Source: Candidatus Electronema halotolerans (lineage in GTDB: Bacteria > Desulfobacterota > Desulfobulbia > Desulfobulbales > Desulfobulbaceae). From it: a stretch of DNA of 32,000 nucleotides. Where the stretch lies: positions 1,620,001-1,652,000 of the forward strand of contig OW818675.1 in assembly GCA_942493095.1 (NCBI GenBank), read 5' to 3'. The notes under the pieces are model-generated. The model saw nothing but the letters and a program-made list of their open reading frames with translations, was not told where the DNA came from and did no database searches. A program made the translations under genes and the position numbers. Every line of letters starts with the position of its first letter. Position 1 is the stretch's first letter. Shown here one piece after another: positions 9,261 through 16,574 of this stretch.

Positions 9261-10746
9261 GTAACTGATCACAGGGTGTCTCTAAAAAACACTGGCGCTT
9301 GGCATCGCAACTGGATAAATTGTGAGCAGTAATTTTTTCCGCAGGAGAAAGCTGTGACCGCCCCGTTCCATCGTGAAAATTTTGAGATAAGCGAGGAAGA
9401 CCTTGCCGCTACACCTCCTGCGGTGCGGAAGCTGCTGTCTTTTTTGATCGCTGAGGTAACGCGGCTGAGAAAACGGGTCGAAGAGCTTGAGGCGAAACTC
9501 GGCGAAGATTCCTCGAACTCGAACAGGCCGCCTTCTTCCGACTCTCCGTTTACAGAAAAACGGCAGAGAGATCAGGCGGGGAAGCCCCGGAAAAAGCGGC
9601 GTGGATATCGTCAGGAGCTGATGCCGCCGACAGAAACGCAAAAAATGTATCCTTCCGCCTGCTCCTGCGGTTGCGGCAAATTCAAAAACATACGGTCATA
9701 TTATACGCATCAGCATATTGAACTGCCGGAAATCGTGATGCAGGTCAGGCATTTCCTTCTTTATAAAGGTGAATGCGCCGCCTGCGGCAAAACCGTCAGA
9801 GGCTGTGTTCCCGATGAATTCAGAACCGGTTTCGGGGCGCGGTTCACCGCGCTGGTTGCCGAACTGAGCGGCATGGACGGCAGCAGCCGGGGAACTGTGC
9901 GGAAGTTCATCCGTTCCGTGCTCGGCGTTCCTATCAGTGCCGGGGCGGTGCAGAAGATCATTGACCGGGCTTCGGCGGCTGTCGCGCCGCACTATGAGGC
10001 CGTCCGGGCTGCCGTCACAAGCGGGGATATCGGACATGTTGATGAAACAACGTGGAAAACTGGCGGCAGGCTGCGCTGGTTATGGGTTATGGCGAACCGG
10101 CAGGCCGCGTTCTTCATGATTCATCCGAAACGCTCTAAGGAAGCCTTTGAAGAACTGATCGGCGCTTGGAACGGTATTCTCATCAGCGACGGGTACAACG
10201 TGTACCAAAAATGGGTCGGCAAGCGGCAGACTTGCCTCGCGCATCTTATCCGCCGGGCAGACGGCCTTGCGGAGCGCGCTGACCCTGAACTGGCTGCCTG
10301 CGGCAAATGGGCCGCTGCGGAACTGCGGCGGCTCTGCCGCATGGCGAAAGACCCGCCGACCAAAGGTGAACAGTCCGCATTTTATGCCCGGCTCTGCCGA
10401 CTTATCCTGCGCTGGCGCGATTGCGACAGTGATGCGGGGAGGTTTGTCCGTCATATTGAGAAGGAAATGGCTGCGTTGTTCACTTTTCTGCTCGAAGAAG
10501 GCGTAGAACCGACAAATAATCCAGCGGAACGGATGCTCCGCTTCGGCGTGCTGTGGCGCAAACGGAGTCAGGGCACTGACAGCGACAAGGGAAACCGCTG
10601 GGTTGAACGAATCCTTTCCCTCCGGCAGACATGCCTGCTTCGGGGAAAATCCACTTTCGAGGTGCTCACCGAGGCCATGCGCTGCTATTTCAGAGGACAG
10701 ATGCCGGATTTAAGCTGGGTCTGAGCGGTACCCTGTGATCGCTTAC
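9261..10746 (+). mobile_element. IS66-family insertion sequence (compact, single-transposase form), 1486 bp
   Basis: Terminal inverted repeats: left GTAACTGATCACAGGG, right (inward) GTAAGCGATCACAGGG. Flanked by 8-bp direct repeats CCCGCTCC at 9253-9260 and 10747-10754. IS66 family elements typically begin GTAA and make 8-bp duplications. Confidence 0.94.
9354..10724 (+). CDS. tnp: IS66-family transposase
   Basis: 456 aa, GTG start preceded by AGGAG; leucine-zipper-like N-terminus, zinc-binding CSCGCGKFKN...CAACGKTV, catalytic core GHVDETTWKTGGRLRWLWVMANRQAAFFMIHPKRSKEAFEELIGAW...TNNPAERMLRFGVLWRKRSQGT. Confidence 0.95.
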   Translation: MTAPFHRENFEISEEDLAATPPAVRKLLSFLIAEVTRLRKRVEELEAKLGEDSSNSNRPPSSDSPFTEKRQRDQAGKPRKKRRGYRQELMPPTETQKMYPSACSCGCGKFKNIRSYYTHQHIELPEIVMQVRHFLLYKGECAACGKTVRGCVPDEFRTGFGARFTALVAELSGMDGSSRGTVRKFIRSVLGVPISAGAVQKIIDRASAAVAPHYEAVRAAVTSGDIGHVDETTWKTGGRLRWLWVMANRQAAFFMIHPKRSKEAFEELIGAWNGILISDGYNVYQKWVGKRQTCLAHLIRRADGLAERADPELAACGKWAAAELRRLCRMAKDPPTKGEQSAFYARLCRLILRWRDCDSDAGRFVRHIEKEMAALFTFLLEEGVEPTNNPAERMLRFGVLWRKRSQGTDSDKGNRWVERILSLRQTCLLRGKSTFEVLTEAMRCYFRGQMPDLSWV

Positions 10747-10871
10747 CCCGCTCCTTATCTAATCTGGCATATCCCGCCGCACCGCGAGCACTTTCCTTTT
10801 CTGCCAATGCAGTATAATGTGCAGCAAGCCGCTGGGATACTCCAGTCAATTCGTCACTTGACGCAGCATAT

Positions 10872-11999
10872 TCAGGCATTGACAGTGCCCTCCCACATGG
10901 TTTTGGCATGAACTGTCAGAAGCGCGTGCATCTGGAAGCGCACCTCGCCATCCTCCTGATACGGCTCCAGCAGCCCGCGCCTCTCCAGCTCGCGGATTGT
11001 TGAACGCGGATTCTCCACTCCCCATGCCGCTGCTATGGCAGCAAGATCAAAGGTTGCCGGTTTCGGCGCAAAGACTCCCAAAAAGGCAAACTGCTTCCGG
11101 GTCAGCACATCAAGACGGTCGGTGCTTTTCCGCAGGAGAGCCGCTACGGTAGGTGTAGTCTGGCCGGATAAATCAGTGCGGTCTGCCGGTGCAGATTCTT
11201 TCAGGAGGCGGGTGCCTTCAGCCAGCTCGTCCAGCAAGTCACTGACTCCCCAGCCCAGCGGAGCTTCAGCGGCAAGCAGGCTGCCGGCAACCTTCAGAGC
11301 CAAGGGCAGCCCTTCCAGTTCCTGCACCAACCGCCGCACTCCTTGCTCATCTTGCGCCACCGAATCAGGCGAAAGCTGGCGGATCAACTCGATGGAATCC
11401 TCTTCCGACAGCACCAGCAGCCGGTACACTGACTTGTCCGGCAAACCCAGCTTCCGCGCCACGTCAGGTTCGCGGGTGGTGAGCAGCGTCCGGCACGACT
11501 GCCCGCCGACAAGGAAGGGCTGCGCATCGGCAGCCTGCCACACGTCATCTATGATCAGCAGCATCCGGCGGTCGCGCAGCAGCCCGGCAAGTCGGTTCTG
11601 CCGTTCTTCAATGCGCTGATACCGCTGCGGATCATCACCAAATGCAAGCAGCCATTGCCCCAGTCCTGCCAAAGGATTCGGCGACATACCCAAGGCCGTC
11701 CACAGCACACCGTCCGGGAACGCCTTCTTCACTTCGGCATCATGGGCTATTGCCGCCGCCAGCGTGGTCTTGCCGATTCCGGGCCAGCCCCGCACGCTGG
11801 TAATCAAGGTTGCTGACGGCTTGCCAAAGAGACGCTGCCGTAGCTCGGCCATGTCATTGTCGCGTCCGATGAACAGGTTGGGTGCTGCTGGCAGCAGGCC
11901 GGGAAACGAAACGGTTGCTTTATTGGAAACCCTCTGATTGACGGTGCCCTGTTCTTCGACAATATTGACGATACTGTTGCTGATATTGGTGTCACTCAT
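10872..11999 (-). CDS. NB-ARC domain STAND-type ATPase (NLR-like), no fused effector or repeat domain
   Basis: 375 aa; P-loop VRGWPGIGKTTLAAAIAHD, Walker B RMLLIIDDVW, TTREPDVA, EGLPLALKVAGSLL, then a winged-helix-like region ending FQMHALLTVHAKTMWEGTVNA. Confidence 0.92.
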   Translation of the reverse strand: MSDTNISNSIVNIVEEQGTVNQRVSNKATVSFPGLLPAAPNLFIGRDNDMAELRQRLFGKPSATLITSVRGWPGIGKTTLAAAIAHDAEVKKAFPDGVLWTALGMSPNPLAGLGQWLLAFGDDPQRYQRIEERQNRLAGLLRDRRMLLIIDDVWQAADAQPFLVGGQSCRTLLTTREPDVARKLGLPDKSVYRLLVLSEEDSIELIRQLSPDSVAQDEQGVRRLVQELEGLPLALKVAGSLLAAEAPLGWGVSDLLDELAEGTRLLKESAPADRTDLSGQTTPTVAALLRKSTDRLDVLTRKQFAFLGVFAPKPATFDLAAIAAAWGVENPRSTIRELERRGLLEPYQEDGEVRFQMHALLTVHAKTMWEGTVNA

Positions 12000-12017
12000 A
12001 ATATGCCTCGTTCTGAC

Positions 12018-12371
12018 TTACAGGCCAAACAGTTTGGCGCAATAAATGGCCGCCTGTGACAGCATATTGCCAACCTTGACGACAGCAGCGACGGTCTTGG
12101 GCAACTGCGCAATAATCATTTCGGCATTCTTCAGACTGCTCAATGCCTTCACAGGCTCATTTTTGACCTGCTGCTCCGCTTCATCCAGCTCATCCCGCAC
12201 CTTCGTCTGCACATCTTCCGGCAGTGCCGCTGTTTCGGTTTTGATTGCCGCTATCAGATTCAGCAAATCCTCAAATGAAGGTTGTTGTGTGCTATTGATG
12301 ATCTGATTGATTACGTCGATCTTTTCAGCCACAGTAACCGTGCTGCCGGTGATGTTGAATGTGTTGTTCAT
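12018..12371 (-). CDS. Small 117-aa protein of unknown function, candidate partner or effector of the adjacent NB-ARC ATPase
   Basis: MNNTFNITGSTVTVAEKIDVINQIINSTQQPSFEDLLNLIAAIKTETAALPEDVQTKV...; strong AAAGGAG upstream; 18 nt between its stop codon and the NB-ARC start; starts 25 nt beyond the valS stop codon. Confidence 0.75.
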   Translation of the reverse strand: MNNTFNITGSTVTVAEKIDVINQIINSTQQPSFEDLLNLIAAIKTETAALPEDVQTKVRDELDEAEQQVKNEPVKALSSLKNAEMIIAQLPKTVAAVVKVGNMLSQAAIYCAKLFGL

Positions 12372-12395
12372 GGTGCTTGCTCCTTTAGAAAGAAC

Positions 12396-15086
12396 TTATT
12401 TCACCGTCCCCAACCTCCCCCTCGACTCTTCGTTCTTGGCCAGCTTGGTCTCCAGCTCCTCCAGCTTGGCCCGCTCCTTCTCCACCACATCCGCCGGGGC
12501 ATTGGCAAGGAACTTCTCATTGCCGAGCTTGCCGCGCACCCGCTGCAAGTCCTGCTCCAGCACCTTGCGCTCGCGGGCCAGCTTGTCCAGCTCCGCGTCC
12601 ACATCAATCAGCTCCTTGAGCGGCACGACCACCTCAATCCCGCTGACCAAGCTATGCGCCGCATCGTCCGGCACTGCGCCGGACTCGACAATGTCTAAGC
12701 TTTCAGCGCGGGTCATGGCGCAGATCGAGCCGCTGAACAACTGAAGCAGCTCCCGCTTGGCCGGATCAGGGCAGATCAGGCTGACATGCAGCTTCGCGCT
12801 CGGATGCACATTCGCCTCACTGCGGATAGTGCGCACAGCCGTGATGATCTCCATGAGGAGCTGCATGGCCTGCTCGGTCTCGGCATCCTGCCACGTCGGC
12901 TTGGCCTCCGGGAAGGACTCCAGCATGATCGTGCCGCGCTGGCCCGGCAGTTGACTCCAGATTTCCTCAGTAACGAACGGGCAGATCGGGTGGAGCATCT
13001 TCAGGATATTCTCCAGCACACAGAGAAGCACGCCCCGCGCCTGCTCGCGTTTGGCAGTATCATCGCTGAACAAATCGGCCTTGATCCACTCCACGTACCA
13101 GTCGCAGAACTCATGCCAGGTGAACTGGTAGATGGCCGAGGCGATCAGGTTGAAATCATAGCCATCCAATGCCTTGCGCACGTCACGGACAGCGGCATCA
13201 GTGCGGCTGAGTATCCAGCGGTGCGGCAGAGCCAAGGCCGCCGGATTGTCTGTGACCGCCGTGATGCCCGGCTCGCTCTCCTTGATGTGCATCTGGGTGA
13301 AGCGGGCTGCGTTCCACAGCTTGTTGATGAAGCGGCGGTAGCCGTCGATACGCTCCTCGTCCATCTTGATTTCCCGGCCCTGGGCGGCAAAGGCGGTCAG
13401 GGTGAAGCGGAAAGCGTCGGTGCCGTACTGGGCGATCATGTCAAGCGGATCAATGACGTTGCCGGTGGACTTGGACATCTTCTTGCCGTGCTTGTCGCGC
13501 ACCAAGGCGTGCAGATACACATCGTGAAAGGGCACCTCGTCCATGAAGTGCAGGCCCATCATCATCATCCGCGCCACCCAGAAGAAGAGGATGTCAAAGC
13601 TGGTGATCAGCACCGAGGTGGGATAGAAGGTGGCCAGTTCTTTGGTCTGGTCCGGCCAGCCAAGGGTGGAGAAGGGCCAGAGCGCGGAAGAAAACCACGT
13701 GTCGAGCACGTCATGCTCCTGCTCAATCTGGCTGCTGCCGCACTTGCCGCAGACGGTCGGGTCAAGCGAGACCACGGTCATCTCACCGCAGTCAGCACAA
13801 GTCCAAGCCGGGATGCGGTGGCCCCACCATATCTGCCGCGAAATGCACCAGTCGCGGATGTTGTCCATCCAGGCGTAGAAGGTATTGTACCACGTGTCCG
13901 GGTAGAGCTTGATCCGGCCCTCGCGCACTGCGGCAACCGCCTTGTCTGCCAGCGGGCGCACTGAGACAAACCACTGCTTGGAGGTGGTTGGCTCCACGAC
14001 CGTGGCGCAGCGGTAGCACTTGCCGACCGCGTGCTCATAGTCCTCGATCTTGTCGAGGAAGCCAAGTTCGGCCAAGTCCTTGACAATCTGCTCTCGGCAG
14101 GCGAAGCGGTCCATGCCAGCGTACTTTCCGGCGTTCTCGTTCATGATGCCGTGCTCGTCCATGATCTTGATCCGCTCCAGATTATGGCGCAGGCCGATCT
14201 CGTAGTCGTCGCGGTCGTGCGCAGGCGTGACCTTGAGCGCGCCCGTGCCGAAATCACGCTGGACATGGTGATCAAGCACCACCGGAATGATGCGGTCAAC
14301 AATGGGCAGGCGGATGCCGATTTTGTCCAGCCCGGCATAGCGTTCATCATCAGGATGCACGGCCACCGCCGTGTCGCCGAGCATGGTCTCAGGCCGGGTG
14401 GTGGCGATCACCACCGAGCCGGAGCCGTCCGAGTATGGATAGCGGAGATGATAGAGCTTGCCGTGGGTCGGGTCGTGCTCCACCTCGTCGTCAGACAAAG
14501 CGGTCTTGCAGCGCGGGCACCAGTTGACGATGTAGTCGCCCTTGTAGATCAGGCCCTCGTTGTAGAGGCGGACAAAGACCTCGCGCACCGCCTTGGACAG
14601 ACCCTCGTCCATCGTGAACCGCTCGCGGTCCCAGTCGCAGGACGCGCCCATCCGCTTGAGCTGCTTGATGATCGTGCCGCCCTTGTCGGTGCGCCATTGC
14701 CAGACCCGCTCAATGAACTTGTCCCGGCCCAGCTCGTGGCGGTTGGTCTTCTCAGCAGCAAGCTGCCGCTCCACCACGTTCTGGGTGGCAATGCCCGCGT
14801 GGTCAGTGCCCGGCACCCAGAGGGTGTTGTCGCCTTTCATCCGGTGATAGCGGGTCAGCAAATCCTGAAGCGTGTTGTTGAGGGCGTGGCCGATATGGAG
14901 CACACCGGTCACGTTCGGCGGCGGAATGACAATGGAAAAGGCAGGGCGGCCCGGCTCCATTTGTGCGCTGAAGGTCTTGCCCTCAAGCCAGTATTGATAC
15001 CAGCGTTCTTCAACCTCCTCGAATTCATAGGCTTTGGGCAGGTCGTATTTGGCGGCGCACTGCGGCGTGGTCGTCTCGTTGCTCAT
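12396..15086 (-). CDS. valS: Valine--tRNA ligase
   Basis: PPPNVTGVLHIGHALNNTLQD (HIGH), KHGKKMSKSTGN (KMSKS), C-terminal coiled coil. The track ORF extends to 15131; MSNETTTPQ at 15086 is a likelier start. Confidence 0.97.
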   Translation of the reverse strand: MSNETTTPQCAAKYDLPKAYEFEEVEERWYQYWLEGKTFSAQMEPGRPAFSIVIPPPNVTGVLHIGHALNNTLQDLLTRYHRMKGDNTLWVPGTDHAGIATQNVVERQLAAEKTNRHELGRDKFIERVWQWRTDKGGTIIKQLKRMGASCDWDRERFTMDEGLSKAVREVFVRLYNEGLIYKGDYIVNWCPRCKTALSDDEVEHDPTHGKLYHLRYPYSDGSGSVVIATTRPETMLGDTAVAVHPDDERYAGLDKIGIRLPIVDRIIPVVLDHHVQRDFGTGALKVTPAHDRDDYEIGLRHNLERIKIMDEHGIMNENAGKYAGMDRFACREQIVKDLAELGFLDKIEDYEHAVGKCYRCATVVEPTTSKQWFVSVRPLADKAVAAVREGRIKLYPDTWYNTFYAWMDNIRDWCISRQIWWGHRIPAWTCADCGEMTVVSLDPTVCGKCGSSQIEQEHDVLDTWFSSALWPFSTLGWPDQTKELATFYPTSVLITSFDILFFWVARMMMMGLHFMDEVPFHDVYLHALVRDKHGKKMSKSTGNVIDPLDMIAQYGTDAFRFTLTAFAAQGREIKMDEERIDGYRRFINKLWNAARFTQMHIKESEPGITAVTDNPAALALPHRWILSRTDAAVRDVRKALDGYDFNLIASAIYQFTWHEFCDWYVEWIKADLFSDDTAKREQARGVLLCVLENILKMLHPICPFVTEEIWSQLPGQRGTIMLESFPEAKPTWQDAETEQAMQLLMEIITAVRTIRSEANVHPSAKLHVSLICPDPAKRELLQLFSGSICAMTRAESLDIVESGAVPDDAAHSLVSGIEVVVPLKELIDVDAELDKLARERKVLEQDLQRVRGKLGNEKFLANAPADVVEKERAKLEELETKLAKNEESRGRLGTVK

Positions 15087-15274
15087 GGTCTGGCGGAAGA
15101 AAATAGAAAAAAAGTGCAGTAACGGCTTCACGCAGCGTCTGCTTAACCGCAGAAAGATGCATGAAGCCGACTGCTGGACAGATTGTCAAGTAAACAAACA
15201 GAGTTCCTGTAGATTCACAGGCAGAAAGATAACGACACGGCTGCGCTGATGCAGCTGCAATGGCTGTGTCCGCC

Positions 15275-16486
15275 TCAGTCCTCCAAAGCGGCCAAAGCTG
15301 TTTTAATCCGGGCCATGCCCTCCTCAATCACTGCCATTGAGGTGGCAAAGGAGAAGCGGACAAAGGCATCCGCGCCAAAGGCCGCGCCCGGCACTGAGGC
15401 GACTTTGGCCTCTTCCAAGAAATAGTCGGCCATGTCAACAGAATTGCTGATCGTTTTGCCCTTGAAGGTTTTGCCGTAATAGGCAGAGAAGTTAGGGAAG
15501 ACATAAAACGCGCCGCTGGGATTGACGCAGGTCACGCCGTCAATGGATTCCAAGTCGCGGACAAAAAAGTCGCGGCGGGGCAGGAAGGCTTTTTTCATCT
15601 CACCGGGGAAATCCTGCGGCCCGATCAGAGCGGCCAAGGCGGCGTATTGGGCCGGAGTACAGGGGTTGGAAGTTGATTGGCTCTGCACCTTGTTCATGGC
15701 CTTGATCAGATGCAGCGGCCCCGCGCACCAGCCAATCCGCCAGCCGGTCATGGCAAAGGACTTGGAGACCCCGTTCAGCACCACGGTCTGCTCTTTCAGG
15801 CGCGGTTCCACGTCGAGAATGTGGGGCAGCTTGCCATCCAAATAGGTGATGGTCTCGTAGATGTCATCGCTGACCACCAGCCAGCCGTGCTCAAGGGCCA
15901 TGTCAGCCACAGCCCGCAGCGCCTGTTCTGAGAAAATCGAGCCAGCCGGATTGGACGGGCTGTTGAGGAAGATGGCGCGGGTTCTGGCAGTCGCCTTGGC
16001 GGCCAGCGTGGCTGGATTGAGGTCAAAATTTGCTGCCTCATCCAAGGGCACCTCAACCGGAATGCCGCCTGCAAGCTGGACTATGGGCGGATACGAAACC
16101 CAGTACGGAGCTGGAATCAGCACCTCGTCGCCGGAATTGAGCAGGGCTTGGAAGATGTTGTACAGGCCGTGCTTGCCGCCGCAGCAGACTTGAATCTGCT
16201 CCGGGGTGTAGTCCCAGCCGTGATCCGCCTTGCAGCGCATGACCACGGCCTCGCGCAGCTCCGGGATGCCCGGCACGGCGGTATAGCGGGTCTGGCCATC
16301 GTCAATTGCTTTTTTCCCTGCCTCGCGGACGTGTTCCGGGGTGTCAAAATCCGGCTCGCCAACACTGAAATTAAGAATGTCCTCGCCAGCGGCCTTGAGG
16401 GCTTTGGCCTTGGCATTGACGGCCAGCGTGGGAGAGGGAGGGACTTGCAGCACCCGGTCGGCAAGACGAATCGGTTCCTGAGCCAT
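15275..16486 (-). CDS. Pyridoxal phosphate-dependent aminotransferase, aspartate aminotransferase-like (class I/II)
   Basis: 403 aa; ILNFSVGEPDFDTPEHV, LNSPSNPAGSIFS, VVLNGVSKSFAMTGWRIGWCAGP (PLP lysine), FVRFSFATS. Confidence 0.93.
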   Translation of the reverse strand: MAQEPIRLADRVLQVPPSPTLAVNAKAKALKAAGEDILNFSVGEPDFDTPEHVREAGKKAIDDGQTRYTAVPGIPELREAVVMRCKADHGWDYTPEQIQVCCGGKHGLYNIFQALLNSGDEVLIPAPYWVSYPPIVQLAGGIPVEVPLDEAANFDLNPATLAAKATARTRAIFLNSPSNPAGSIFSEQALRAVADMALEHGWLVVSDDIYETITYLDGKLPHILDVEPRLKEQTVVLNGVSKSFAMTGWRIGWCAGPLHLIKAMNKVQSQSTSNPCTPAQYAALAALIGPQDFPGEMKKAFLPRRDFFVRDLESIDGVTCVNPSGAFYVFPNFSAYYGKTFKGKTISNSVDMADYFLEEAKVASVPGAAFGADAFVRFSFATSMAVIEEGMARIKTALAALED

Positions 16487-16574
16487 GATCTGTTCCTATT
16501 GGGAAGGGTTGTCAGTAAAAGAACGTGCCCCCCTCTGTATCAGGTTCAGCCATTTTTCGCAACTGGAAAGCGGC

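Larger units (their letters stand above)
8405..10879 (-). pseudogene. TPR protein (paralogue 2) interrupted by an IS66-family element; exons 10879-10755 and 9260-8405
   Basis: N-terminal part MPEYAASSDELTGVSQRLAAHYTALAEKESARGAAGYARLDKER (10879 downward) and C-terminal part VQCMRVMESCLESRLWQELQYL... (to 8405) are in frame once the IS plus one 8-bp duplication is removed, and align with paralogue 1 (GYARLNKERVQCLRLLEVCLASRLWQEV). Confidence 0.92.

Noticed and set aside
10685-10879. Small stand-alone protein starting at 10879 and ending at 10685
   Set aside because: The last ~18 residues are read through the IS66 right end (GKRSQGTAQTQ...); it is the truncated N-terminus of the interrupted TPR gene, not an independent gene.
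12786-15122. Plus-strand ORFs of 392 and 363 aa (12786-13964, 14031-15122) opposite valS, and a 172-aa ORF at 6668-7186 opposite its truncated copy
   Set aside because: Both valS copies give similar antisense translations because the coding sequence is duplicated, so their similarity is not independent evidence of coding.
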